Positions 1 to 9,712 are shown, counted from the first letter of the stretch. The stretch: 46,927 nt of DNA from Methanosarcinales archaeon (GCA_025464585.1 JAODGL010000092.1:1-46927), one strand, 5' to 3'. A program made the numbers and translations. Notes: generated by a model not told the origin, from the letters alone.

Positions 1-98
1 ACCTTGGATAGTCCAAGATCGACATTCATGTCGTTGATAAACAACTGCCTGTCCGATTTGTTTACCAACCTCTCCAATTCTTCCTGGTTCATGTACAT
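1..98 (-). CDS. 5' end of an unidentified protein-coding gene running off the left edge (MYMNQEELERLVNKSDRQLFINDMNVDLGLSK...)
   Basis: The reverse complement opens with ATG at 98-96 and stays open to the window edge. It is absent from the ORF track because it is truncated. No recognisable motif in 32 aa. Confidence 0.3.
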   Translation of the reverse strand, partial: MYMNQEELERLVNKSDRQLFINDMNVDLGLSK

Positions 99-133
99 CA
101 CCTTTTTATAGATTTAATGCTATCATGAACCAG

Positions 134-147
134 GTGTCATATGACAC
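134..147. repeat. Perfect 14-bp palindrome GTGTCATATGACAC in an intergenic spacer
   Basis: Read directly. It lies 36-50 nt upstream of the minus-strand ATG at 98 and downstream of trpG. Confidence 0.8.
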
Positions 148-286
148 AAAGGTCAAATATCAAAATCTCAATGTTCAAAACAAACTTTTTCGCTGCTTAC
201 TTTTCGAATTTTGAAATTAGGATTTGGGATTTATTTGTGATTTGATGCTTGTGATTTGGAATTTTTCGAGATAATTTTTTTATGAA

Positions 287-865
287 CTACATATCCACAA
301 AATTACGTATCAACTTAACCCCTTCCTCAGTCAATAACGACTCAGGATGGAACTGCACACCGAAAACATCGTGGTCTCGATGCCTGATTGCCATTATCTC
401 TTTGTCGTCCAAACTTCTCGCTGTTACTTCCAAACAATCTGGCAATGAATCATCAATCACCAGAGAATGGTATCTCACGACGGAGAGAGGATTCTTCAGC
501 CCTTTCAGCACGTTCTCTCCGTTATGCTTCACTAAACTCACCTTCCCATGCCTTATCTCTCTTGCACGCCTTATCCTTGCACCAAAGACATAGCCTATGC
601 ACTGATGCCCCAAACAAACGCCTAAAATCTTCTTGTTTTCATTGCAAAACTTCCTTATCACTTCATTTGAGACACCCGCATCTCCTGGCGTCTTGGGACC
701 CGGCGAAATTATTATGTGCTCTATTTCCTTCGCTCTGACTATTCTCTCTATATAGCTAATATCCACGTTATTCTGCACCACTATCGGCTCGGCACCCAGC
801 ATCCCAACGTATTGCACGATGTTATACACGAATGAATCTATATTATCCACAATTAGCACATTCAT
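287..865 (-). CDS. trpG: Anthranilate (or aminodeoxychorismate) synthase component II, class-I glutamine amidotransferase
   Basis: MNVLIVDNIDSFVYNIVQY..., catalytic GVCLGHQ Cys motif, C-terminal GVQFHPES. Start moved to the ATG at 865, which forms an ATGA overlap with the trpE stop (862-864). The longer track ORF start (913) lies inside trpE. Confidence 0.85.
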   Translation of the reverse strand: MNVLIVDNIDSFVYNIVQYVGMLGAEPIVVQNNVDISYIERIVRAKEIEHIIISPGPKTPGDAGVSNEVIRKFCNENKKILGVCLGHQCIGYVFGARIRRAREIRHGKVSLVKHNGENVLKGLKNPLSVVRYHSLVIDDSLPDCLEVTARSLDDKEIMAIRHRDHDVFGVQFHPESLLTEEGVKLIRNFVDM

Positions 866-2367
866 TTTCTTTTCTTTTCGCCTCCGGAAATGCACTCCAA
901 TAACGCCGCACACTTACTCATCGTCTCTTTATACTCGCGTTCAGGGTCAGAATCCGCAACTATTCCCGCTCCTGCCTGTATATAAACTTTCCCGTGCTCA
1001 AATACCGCGGTTCTTATCGTTATCGCGGTATCCATTGCACGATTAAATGAGAAATAACCTACACATCCTGCATATATCCCCCTTCTTGTTGGCTCTAACT
1101 CTTCTATTATCTCCATCGCTCTTACTTTCGGCGCTCCGGAGACCGTTCCTGCGGGAAATGCCGCTACCAGCGCGTCAAACTCGTCCTTGTCCCTTCTCAG
1201 CTCTCCCACCACATCGGTTACTATGTGCTGTACATGCGAATATTTCTCCGGATACATAAACCTCGTAGCTTTTACGGTCCCAAATTCAGACACTTTTCCT
1301 ACATCGTTCCTTGACAAATCCACGAGCATCAAATGCTCTGCGCGCTCCTTCTCATCGTTCAGCATCTCGCGCTCCAAACGCTTATCCTCCTCTTTATTTG
1401 TACCACGCGGTCTTGTCCCTGCTATCGGACAACTCTCTACTTTCCTGCTTCTTTTACCCGCAGCTTCAACCCTGAGCAGCATCTCTGGACTCGACCCCAC
1501 TATCTTGCGCTCTCCGAAATCGAGTAAATACATGTATGGCGACGGATTCACCTCGCTTAATCGCTTGTAAAACGAAAAAGCACTCTGATTTCCATCGCTG
1601 CTGCCGGAATCAACATCTGCTTCCAACCGCTGTGAAAGAACCACCTGAAAAATATCTCCTGCACGAATATATTCCTTCGCTGCCCTCACGCCCCTCTCGT
1701 ATTCTTCTTCTTCCATATTTGATGTGAACTCCCCGTGCTCCGCTATTTGAACGTCTTCTCTTCTTTTATGCTCGTTATTCTTCGTCAACTCCCTAAACTT
1801 TAGAAAAGCTTGCTCTTGCTCAAAATTCAAACCTTCAAAAGAATCATCATAAAATTCGTTGAATATGAGGAACGCCTTTTTTGCCTTATGGTCCATGATG
1901 ACATTCTTTTTTGTCAGGATGAATTCGCAATCCGGCTGCTTCAGGACATCAGTTGCGCTTCCCCCCACATCCACAAAATAGCGGATGTAATCGTAAGCAA
2001 GATAACCAACGAAACCGCCGATAAATCTTTCTCTTCTCGCACCCTCTATTTTCAGGTCGTTAAGGAGAACTTTAATCATACTTAGCGGATTTTTATTCTC
2101 GCCGTATTCTTTCGCCGCATTGCTCATCTTTTTGGCGAAAAACGAATCATAAGACTTTGTTTTTAATATTCCGTTCTTTACCGAGAATTTGAACGCAGGG
2201 TCGAAGCCTATAATGGAATACCTTGCCAATTTATCGCTCCCTTCTCGTGATTCCAGCAGGTAAGATTCCCTGCCTTCGCTTCCTTCTTCTGTCTTCAAAT
2301 TCAAAATATCGTATAGCAATGAAGGGTTTGCAAACGGGATTTCCTCATAGCTCTGGATAATGAACAT
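862..2367 (-). CDS. trpE: Anthranilate synthase component I family (TrpE/PabB chorismate-binding enzyme)
   Basis: 501 aa with LLESREGS..ARYSIIG N-terminal motif, C-terminal chorismate-binding block (SPEMLLRV, GTRPRG, LMLVDLSRND, FPAGTVSGAPK, RGIYAGCVGYF, IRT). Translationally coupled to trpG. Confidence 0.85.
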   Translation of the reverse strand: MFIIQSYEEIPFANPSLLYDILNLKTEEGSEGRESYLLESREGSDKLARYSIIGFDPAFKFSVKNGILKTKSYDSFFAKKMSNAAKEYGENKNPLSMIKVLLNDLKIEGARRERFIGGFVGYLAYDYIRYFVDVGGSATDVLKQPDCEFILTKKNVIMDHKAKKAFLIFNEFYDDSFEGLNFEQEQAFLKFRELTKNNEHKRREDVQIAEHGEFTSNMEEEEYERGVRAAKEYIRAGDIFQVVLSQRLEADVDSGSSDGNQSAFSFYKRLSEVNPSPYMYLLDFGERKIVGSSPEMLLRVEAAGKRSRKVESCPIAGTRPRGTNKEEDKRLEREMLNDEKERAEHLMLVDLSRNDVGKVSEFGTVKATRFMYPEKYSHVQHIVTDVVGELRRDKDEFDALVAAFPAGTVSGAPKVRAMEIIEELEPTRRGIYAGCVGYFSFNRAMDTAITIRTAVFEHGKVYIQAGAGIVADSDPEREYKETMSKCAALLECISGGEKKRK

Positions 2368-2385
2368 TGTGTATCATATTTAGAT

Positions 2386-2406
2386 TATATTGTATATATA
2401 AATACC
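2386..2406. promoter_or_regulatory. AT-rich TATA-like tract (TATATTGTATATATAAATACC) in the divergent trpE/glnA spacer
   Basis: Archaeal TATA-box-like sequence located between the divergent starts at 2367 (-) and 2513 (+). Assignment to either gene is not resolved. Confidence 0.3.
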
Positions 2407-2512
2407 TTGAGGGACAATTATTTCTCTGAAACTTCTTTGCCTCACGAAAACTTGTAACAAATAAAAATAAGTTCTAAATACGATAACCGACATTTCAAGC
2501 AAGGAATGGCAA

Positions 2513-3856
2513 ATGGAAGAAGCAGAAGAAGCAAAGACGAAGGAAGAAGTATTTGCAGCAGTGGAAGAGCAAGATGTGAAATTCATCGGGCTCTGGTTCA
2601 CCGATATCTTAGGGCGACTAAAGAGCGTTACTATTTCTGTTTCAGAATTGGAAACCGCGTTTGACGAGGGTATGGGCTTTGACGGCTCTTCGATAAAAGG
2701 ATTCGCAAGGATTGACGAGAGCGACATGCTCGCAAAACCTGACCCTGCTACATTCCAGATTGTTCCGTGGAGACAGAAGGAGGATGTAGTTGCGAGGATG
2801 TTCTGTGATATTCTGAATCCAGACGGCAGTCATTATGAAGGCGACCCGAGGTATATATTGAAGCGGAATCTGGAGCGGTTGCGAGTAGAGTATGGCTACA
2901 CGTTTTATCTCGGTCCTGAACTGGAATACTTTTATTTCAGCGATGAGAAAAATCCGGTGGTGCTGGATGAGGGCGGATACTTTGATTTAATGACTCTGAA
3001 TGCGGGAAGCGACTTCCGAAGAGATACTGTCTTAATGCTGGAAGCAATGGGGATAAAAGTAGAAGCCAGCCACCATGAAGTTTCTCCTTCACAGCATGAG
3101 ATAGACCTTCGTTATAAAGATGCGCTTACAATGGCGGACCAGGTGATGACATATCGAATCGTGGTAAAGGAGATAGCCAGGCAGCATGGTTGTTATGCCA
3201 CGTTCATGCCAAAACCCATCTTCGGTGTGAATGGCTCAGGAATGCACGTGCATCAATCGTTATTTAAAGGTGATAAAAACGCATTCTTCGACCTGAATGA
3301 CGAATATCATCTGTCTGATGTAGGTAAGAAGTATATCGCAGGATTGTTAAGACACGCACCGGAGATTACTTCGGTTACCAATCAATGGATAAATTCGTAT
3401 AAGCGGTTAGTTCCTGGTTATGAAGCACCGGTATACATTACATGGGCACGGCGTAACCGCTCTACACTCGTCCGGGTACCGATGTATAAGCCTGTTAAAG
3501 AGAAAGCGACACGTGTGGAATACCGCAGCCCTGATCCGGCATGCAATCCTTATTTAGCGTTTTCCGTGATGCTCGCTGCTGGCTTAGCAGGATTAAGGAA
3601 CAAATATGAATTGCCACCGCCGGTGGAAAAGGATGTTTACCGGCTAAATGAGGAGGAGAGAGCGAAGGAAGGAATAAAAACGCTGCCCGGGAGTTTGATT
3701 GAGGCAATAGCACTGACAAAGCGTAGCGAACTGGTGAGAGAAACCCTTGGCGACCATATCTTTAACAATTTTATCACTTCAAAGCTCGTGGAGTGGGACC
3801 GGTATCGCGTGAACGTAACAGAATGGGAGTTGAAGGAGTATTTATCGGTGCTGTGA
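2513..3856 (+). CDS. glnA: Glutamine synthetase, type I
   Basis: 447 aa. N-terminal beta-grasp (VKFIGLWFTDILGRLKS), catalytic blocks GPELEYF, SHHEVSPSQHEID, KPIFGVNGSGMHVHQSL, NSYKRLVPGYEAP, RVEYRSPDPACNPYL. Confidence 0.95.
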   Translation: MEEAEEAKTKEEVFAAVEEQDVKFIGLWFTDILGRLKSVTISVSELETAFDEGMGFDGSSIKGFARIDESDMLAKPDPATFQIVPWRQKEDVVARMFCDILNPDGSHYEGDPRYILKRNLERLRVEYGYTFYLGPELEYFYFSDEKNPVVLDEGGYFDLMTLNAGSDFRRDTVLMLEAMGIKVEASHHEVSPSQHEIDLRYKDALTMADQVMTYRIVVKEIARQHGCYATFMPKPIFGVNGSGMHVHQSLFKGDKNAFFDLNDEYHLSDVGKKYIAGLLRHAPEITSVTNQWINSYKRLVPGYEAPVYITWARRNRSTLVRVPMYKPVKEKATRVEYRSPDPACNPYLAFSVMLAAGLAGLRNKYELPPPVEKDVYRLNEEERAKEGIKTLPGSLIEAIALTKRSELVRETLGDHIFNNFITSKLVEWDRYRVNVTEWELKEYLSVL

Positions 3857-4085
3857 GCTTGAGCTCATAGCCTTATACCGGATTTGTATTTGTTGGTGAG
3901 AAAAGAGCAAAAGAAAAAGAGGAAATGGCATGCATTGAAAGAAAAGCCGCTCTCAATAGCTCTTAAAAGTCACTTCGCCTAACAGAGCATATCTGGCTTC
4001 ATGCCTTCGGCATTCCGCCCAAATCCTCCTTCGGTGGACTTCAGATGCGCTCGAAACGTTATACGCAATCAGCTTCTGAACGCTT

Positions 4086-4322
4086 TCAAAAACATTTTTC
4101 AAGCATTTCCTTCCACAACTCAATTGTCTTCTTCGCTTCGTGCTCGTCCATTATCTCTATTGCAAAACCCGCATGAACCATTACATAATCGTCTACTTTT
4201 GCATCCACCAGCGATATATCAATCTCACGAGAGATGCCGCCGAAATCTGCTTTTGCCTTTCTCCTTATCCCTTCTTCACTGCCGCTAATCTCCACCACTT
4301 TCGCCGGTATTGCCAAACACAT
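4086..4322 (-). CDS. hypC: [NiFe]-hydrogenase maturation chaperone HypC/HupF
   Basis: 78 aa beginning MCLAIPAKVVEI (invariant Cys2 N-terminus), typical HypC length. Lies 25 nt downstream of hypF. Confidence 0.9.
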   Translation of the reverse strand: MCLAIPAKVVEISGSEEGIRRKAKADFGGISREIDISLVDAKVDDYVMVHAGFAIEIMDEHEAKKTIELWKEMLEKCF

Positions 4323-4347
4323 ATTTCAAAAAACCTCGTTTCTTTGT

Positions 4348-6609
4348 TCAAACTTTTTTTGTGAAAGAAAGTTTGTTTAAATGCCCAACCACAACATTTT
4401 GCCCGATTGAAATCCCTTCATCTCCATTAGGTATCTTATTATGAATTAAAAACTTTAACCCTTTCTCTTTTACCAACTCTTCAGTCATTCTAACTATTGG
4501 CACATCATACGAGACACCACCTGTTATCCCGATACAGGATATGTCATTACCGACACAAGTATCCACTGCAATCCCCACCATTTCCTTAATCAAGGCATAA
4601 ACAAAAGAATATGCGAGGTCTGCCTTCTTCTTTTCCGTGCTTACGCCATTTGCACTGTAATCTGCCAATTGGTCAAACAACGGCAATGTTTTCACAATTT
4701 TACGGTCTTTGGGCTCAACCTCCGTCTCAAATTCATACTTTCGCTCTCCGCGCGCTAAATATCTCTCCAGTTTCATTGCCGGTTCACCATCATAAGTCAT
4801 TCTTTGACAGATGCCGAGATAACAGGACAAAGCATCTAATATTCTGCCGAAACTGCTTGTTTTTGGTGCTTTCTGCATCAGCTTTTCCATTACGTTCGCT
4901 TCCTTTTCATCCACAAAATGCGCCGCAATTGCATCTCTGCCCAGGAGCGAAAAAATTGCAAATACCATCCTTCTTGGGTCTTTTATTGCTGCATCGCCAC
5001 CAATCAGCGGTATCTCCTCCAAAGACCCCTCCCTTTCAAAGCTCGAAAAGAGAGAATGCAGGATTTCTCCTCCCCATACTTTACCATCCGTTCCATATCC
5101 CGTCCCATCCAGGGTCAAAGCAACCACTTCATCCACACCCGCATCGAGCATCAATGAAGCTGCGTGAGCCCAATGATGCTGTACCTCTACCAATCCAGTT
5201 GAAAACTCTTCAGACAGTTCTTTTCCGTATCTTCTCGTTGAATACCGTGGATGCATGTCTACCCCAATCGCATCAATCTCATTCATACTTAAGCCTAAAA
5301 GTTCCATCATTTGCTTCTTGCTCGATGCCAGGAATTCCAAAGTTGGATAATGAGATGTTTTTCCGATATATTGACTCGAATAAAGATTGCCATCTTTTGA
5401 AATGCTGAGTGAAACATTTTCTCCCGCACCTAAGGACAAAACTCTATACTTATACGGAACTTTTATAGCAGTTGGCACAAAACCCCTGGATTTCCGCAAG
5501 AAAAAAATTTTACCCTCGCAACAGCGAACCACAGAGTCATCAATCCTGTTTACTATTTCTCTGTTATGTAAGAGGAAATACTCTGCTTTGAGCTCGAATG
5601 CATCCTCATTACGAATGACCATCGGCTCTCCTGAGACATTTGCAGAGGTCATTATAATCCCATCCGAGTTTAGATAATGGAACAGAACATAATGAAAGCC
5701 AGAATATGGCAAATACACGCCAACATTTCCCAATCCCGGTGAAATATCCTCTAACTCATTTGAAAACGAAGAAGTCTTCTTATCCAAAAGCACAACAGGT
5801 CTTTGTGCGGCTATCATCAACTTTTCTTCCTCTTCTTCTAAACTTGCATATTTTTCTATCGCGCTTAACTCCCTGAACATCACTGCAAATGGCTTTGCCG
5901 GTCTTTTATACAGCTTCCTCAGCCTGTTTGCCTGCCCAAACCCGCATATAATGTGCATTCCTCCCCAACTCTTCGCTATCCCTATCGCACCTTCGTCAAT
6001 TAGCCTTGCAAAACTCGCTATCGGATTCTTATCCCCCAGGAGTACACCCCCTCTTCCATAAAGCATGTATTTCGGACCGCACCTCGGACAGGAAATTGTT
6101 TGCGCATGAAATCTCCTGTCCATTGGATTTGTATATTCAGCGAGGCATTCCTCACACATCTCGAAATCTCGCATTGATGTATTAGCCCGGTCGTAAGGGA
6201 CGTTCTCAATCACTGAGAACCGAGCACCGCAGGAGGTGCAATTGATAAAAGGATATAAATACCTGCGATTATCCTCGTCAAATAGTTCTCTTACGCATTC
6301 ATCACATATCGCGGTGTCCACCGGGATAACAGAACTCCTTTCTCCTTCCGAACTATTTATTATCCTGAAATCATCATACCTGCCAATAGGCTCGTCTTTC
6401 ACTTCTATTTCAGCAATTGACGCAAGTGGAGGCAGTTCTTTCATTAAAGTGTTCAAGAACTCATCCACATTCTCACTTTCTTTGATGCCTACTTCTACGT
6501 TTGAGCCTTTGTTGAGTACATAGCCTCTTAGTCCAAGCGATTTTGCTACTCTATATACCGTAGGGCGGAAACCAACGCCTTGCACTGTTCCCCTGATAAG
6601 CATCTTCAT
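4348..6609 (-). CDS. hypF: [NiFe]-hydrogenase maturation carbamoyltransferase HypF
   Basis: 753 aa. Acylphosphatase N-domain (IRGTVQGVGFRP), two CxxC-x18-CxxC zinc fingers (CDECVREL..CTSCGARF; CEECLAEY..CPRCGPK), YrdC-like and Kae1-like C-terminal domains. Confidence 0.95.
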   Translation of the reverse strand: MKMLIRGTVQGVGFRPTVYRVAKSLGLRGYVLNKGSNVEVGIKESENVDEFLNTLMKELPPLASIAEIEVKDEPIGRYDDFRIINSSEGERSSVIPVDTAICDECVRELFDEDNRRYLYPFINCTSCGARFSVIENVPYDRANTSMRDFEMCEECLAEYTNPMDRRFHAQTISCPRCGPKYMLYGRGGVLLGDKNPIASFARLIDEGAIGIAKSWGGMHIICGFGQANRLRKLYKRPAKPFAVMFRELSAIEKYASLEEEEEKLMIAAQRPVVLLDKKTSSFSNELEDISPGLGNVGVYLPYSGFHYVLFHYLNSDGIIMTSANVSGEPMVIRNEDAFELKAEYFLLHNREIVNRIDDSVVRCCEGKIFFLRKSRGFVPTAIKVPYKYRVLSLGAGENVSLSISKDGNLYSSQYIGKTSHYPTLEFLASSKKQMMELLGLSMNEIDAIGVDMHPRYSTRRYGKELSEEFSTGLVEVQHHWAHAASLMLDAGVDEVVALTLDGTGYGTDGKVWGGEILHSLFSSFEREGSLEEIPLIGGDAAIKDPRRMVFAIFSLLGRDAIAAHFVDEKEANVMEKLMQKAPKTSSFGRILDALSCYLGICQRMTYDGEPAMKLERYLARGERKYEFETEVEPKDRKIVKTLPLFDQLADYSANGVSTEKKKADLAYSFVYALIKEMVGIAVDTCVGNDISCIGITGGVSYDVPIVRMTEELVKEKGLKFLIHNKIPNGDEGISIGQNVVVGHLNKLSFTKKV

Positions 6610-9014
6610 TTTTCAGCAAAATTAGTGGTCCATTCCGGTCGAGCTGGTGGATTCGAACCCAACATCTCCCTCCACTTCTCATCGGTTAGCCTGTCATGCA
6701 TCGGCTGTTTAAATTCGTAATAACTCATTACGGGTCCAGCACCAATTAAAATCCTGCCATCTGGAACTTTGTAAGCGACAACAATCAAATCAACGTAGCC
6801 GACACCTTCTTCCAGAACCTGTCCTGTATTGCCGTCGGTATGAACGTCAGCAATTATTGTTGTCTTTTTTGCCTTTTCATCAACCTCTGCAATCACACCA
6901 TTTAATTCACCACCGAAGTTTTTAATGAACTCATAATCCTCTTCTATCAGCTCTTCATTCTCCAATTCCTTCTCCGACAGTTTAACCAATCTTTCCAGTA
7001 TTTTCTCCAGATTTTCCAATCTATTTCTCGCCGCGCTATCCAGAACGTTCATCTCGTCCAGGCCTCTGTTTGTCATGTTTGTTAAAGCCAGCAACCTGTT
7101 ATAAAACTCTGGAACTGGTTCGATGTAGCCAACGACTGGGTTTTTCGGCGATGGGGGTTTGTAGCTCGTTATTCCCATAGTATAACTCTGCTTCGCATAC
7201 AAAATCGTGTCATGCCTTAATTCAGTCCATGAAGATAGTGCGGTGGTTAATTTTTTGTCCTGCCACGCTTTGGTCTGCATAAATGTCGGATAGCCAGCAC
7301 CATATTCTTTTAGAAGAGGTTTCAAAGTGTGAAGCCATGACCAGTAAAGGTTCTTTTGCCAATCTGCCTCGTCAAACCCATCAAATTCCTGTTTTAATTC
7401 GTTAAACGCGGTTTCGTAGGTTATTTTTTCCCCTTTCTTATCTCTACCTTCGTATTCTGTATCACCCAATTCCCTTAAAAGTTCCCCTGCCCTCTCAGAA
7501 CCCAGCAAAGCCATTACATCCAATCCCCGGGGAAAGCATCTGGCTGGACCGCCATCTGTCAATTCGCAGGTGAAAACCTGCTCGCAATTTTTCCCGGAGT
7601 ACATCCCAACGTGAGGCGAAACTAAATTGGAAAACATGTAAGAATCAGGAATGAATCTCTGTCCCATCAATCTAAATCCTTTTGTAATTCCCAAAACCTC
7701 ATCTGCCTGTTCCGGTGTAAAAGGGGGACCCCAAAGCAAAACCTCCCCCGTACCACCATATATTTCTGGACTTCGGTATTCAGCCAATTTCGCCTTTAAT
7801 TTCCCGATATTCTCTTCTGTTAAATCTTTTGGCTCGAATTTGCCATTAAACACATAATCCAACGCATCCATGTATTCATAAGGTCCTAAATCGTCAGAGA
7901 GACCCACATAGAAAGCCGTTACTGTGTAGATTCTATCCCATTTCTCCCTCAGTTCCGGACTTTCTGCAAATTCAGAAGCTATTAAACTCGCACCTATTGT
8001 TTGTATCTTTGCATCGTGTAAAGAGATGAGGGCTTTGCACGGTGGGAAGTCATTACAGCTCTCTCCTGCTTCGACCTGGTCTGTTCCTTTAAGAAGCATG
8101 CTCATTCTCCCATACCACATAAATGCCCTGAAATAATTCTTTAACTTCTCAGACCGTGTGTAATGCCCGCGAGGAACATATTGGGTGTAATCTTCTCTGT
8201 AAACGAAGATGGGCGATTCAGAAAAACCTTCGTGGTTTTCTATCAGTTCCAATTCCTCTTCGACATCTGATTTAACAAAGTCTGGCATCATGAAGCTATA
8301 TTTTTCTAAGTCTTCCTTTTTGAAATAAGCATCTGTGCATTCGTATTCATATTTACTTTGACAGACCTGCTCTGATTTTGGCTGAAGCAAACGTAAACCA
8401 ACTGCGAAATACGCAACGTTTCTTCTCGATGCTTCTCTTAAATCACCACTGGCATGGTTATAACTCTCTACCGAATCGTTCAGTAACTCCATACTGATTT
8501 CCCAGAGCGCATCGTAAAATTCTCTCTCCTCAATTTGCCTCAGCGTTTCGTCAAATTGGATATGGTAAAGATGTAATAACGAATCAGAAGTGATAAAGAT
8601 GGGTATTTCCCTCTCTTTTAAGGTATTATAAGGCTGCGTGATATATTCTTCTTCCGGATTAAACGGATTACGGATAACTACAAAACCGTTCTTTTCCAGA
8701 AGTTGTATGGCACCCTCGCTTAAAGAGATTTTCGCGGAGAAATCGTCAAAATTGGATATTTTGCGGGTTTGTAAGGGAAGGTTATATTGCGAAACTTGTA
8801 AATCTATGTCTAAAGGGGTTAGGGAATAATATCCTATGAAACTCGTTTTTTCTGGTTGAACTCCGGATAAATCAATTGGTTCTGTTTTCAACTCGGAGTG
8901 TTCTACTTCAGGTGGTGTTTGTGTTGGTTGCTGAATGCATCCACTGAGAAAAATTATTCCCACAACTGCCGATACCAAAATCATCATTCCGTAAATTAAA
9001 GGTTTTGATTTCAT
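6606..9014 (-). CDS. Large secreted lipoprotein of unknown function, possibly DUF3160 family
   Basis: 802 aa. N-terminal signal/TM followed by lipobox-like LSGC (MKSKPLIYGMMILVSAVVGIIFLSGC). No catalytic motif recognised. PRGHYTRSEKLKNYFRAFMWYGR and the overall length recall DUF3160 from memory only. The stop overlaps the hypF start (ATGA). Confidence 0.7.
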   Translation of the reverse strand: MKSKPLIYGMMILVSAVVGIIFLSGCIQQPTQTPPEVEHSELKTEPIDLSGVQPEKTSFIGYYSLTPLDIDLQVSQYNLPLQTRKISNFDDFSAKISLSEGAIQLLEKNGFVVIRNPFNPEEEYITQPYNTLKEREIPIFITSDSLLHLYHIQFDETLRQIEEREFYDALWEISMELLNDSVESYNHASGDLREASRRNVAYFAVGLRLLQPKSEQVCQSKYEYECTDAYFKKEDLEKYSFMMPDFVKSDVEEELELIENHEGFSESPIFVYREDYTQYVPRGHYTRSEKLKNYFRAFMWYGRMSMLLKGTDQVEAGESCNDFPPCKALISLHDAKIQTIGASLIASEFAESPELREKWDRIYTVTAFYVGLSDDLGPYEYMDALDYVFNGKFEPKDLTEENIGKLKAKLAEYRSPEIYGGTGEVLLWGPPFTPEQADEVLGITKGFRLMGQRFIPDSYMFSNLVSPHVGMYSGKNCEQVFTCELTDGGPARCFPRGLDVMALLGSERAGELLRELGDTEYEGRDKKGEKITYETAFNELKQEFDGFDEADWQKNLYWSWLHTLKPLLKEYGAGYPTFMQTKAWQDKKLTTALSSWTELRHDTILYAKQSYTMGITSYKPPSPKNPVVGYIEPVPEFYNRLLALTNMTNRGLDEMNVLDSAARNRLENLEKILERLVKLSEKELENEELIEEDYEFIKNFGGELNGVIAEVDEKAKKTTIIADVHTDGNTGQVLEEGVGYVDLIVVAYKVPDGRILIGAGPVMSYYEFKQPMHDRLTDEKWREMLGSNPPARPEWTTNFAEK

Positions 9015-9073
9015 TATAATTACCTAATCTTCGGAGTATAAAAACTTATCGCAGAATGTGCTGTGTTGCATAA

Positions 9074-9712
9074 TTAAACTTTCTTCGCTATATGATCATC
9101 TTTCTCACGTTCAAGCGCAAACGTCTTCTCCATATCCGCTGAACACTGCATTATCACATCTCCCATCCCCCCGCCTATCCGTGATGCCTGAACCACTAAA
9201 TATGTGTATTTCTCGATTAACTCGCTTTTAAGCCGTTTCGCAAGCTCGGACATCCCCTCCTCGAACGTCAGCCCCCACTTCAGTTGCTTTGCTAAGAGGT
9301 CAATATGCGGCGCAAGTGACTCCATTCTTCTATACACTTCCGGCGTTGCTGATGATGCCAGTTCTATCACACCCGCTACCGGGTCAAGCCCGCCCCTTAA
9401 GAGCTCCGAAAGCTCAAATAAGAACCGGGCAAACTCACGCTCATATCTTATCCGCCTGCGCTTATCCACATACACGTAGAACCCATAAGGTGCAAGCGCA
9501 ATGAGCATCGCAATCACGGCAATCTTCTCCATTGGATTTGCACTCTTATCCACAGAAGGTTTTGCAGGATGCACAGTTTCTTCGCTCTCCGGCACTGGAG
9601 AAGGCGAGGTTTGTGGCGTTGGAACGACAGTAGCTGGTTCTACCTGACCGGGGACAAAGAAGACGGCACCAAAAATGAGAAACAGTATAGCAACCACTGC
9701 TGGAACAAGCAC
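9074..9712 (-). CDS. Membrane protein with a single type II secretion system F (GspF/TadC/FlaJ-like) cytoplasmic domain; apparently incomplete
   Basis: 212 aa. TM helix, then a P/S/T-rich linker, then a second TM, then a helical bundle (REFARFLFELSELLRGGLDPVAGV...LTFEEGMSELAKR...YLVVQASRIGGG) typical of T2SSF domains. The trailing TM helices of a complete domain are missing. The start is a GTG and is uncertain. Confidence 0.5.
   Translation of the reverse strand: MLVPAVVAILFLIFGAVFFVPGQVEPATVVPTPQTSPSPVPESEETVHPAKPSVDKSANPMEKIAVIAMLIALAPYGFYVYVDKRRRIRYEREFARFLFELSELLRGGLDPVAGVIELASSATPEVYRRMESLAPHIDLLAKQLKWGLTFEEGMSELAKRLKSELIEKYTYLVVQASRIGGGMGDVIMQCSADMEKTFALEREKDDHIAKKV

Noticed and set aside
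4611-5408. 265-aa plus-strand ORF inside hypF
   Set aside because: Antisense to hypF, whose domain motifs are unambiguous. Its composition (P/S/L/H-rich) is that of a non-coding frame.
6646-6660. tRNA T-arm-like string GGTGGATTCGAACCC
   Set aside because: It lies inside the C-terminal coding region of the 802-aa lipoprotein gene (encoding ..GSNPPARPEW.. on the minus strand). No acceptor, D or anticodon arms can be built around it.
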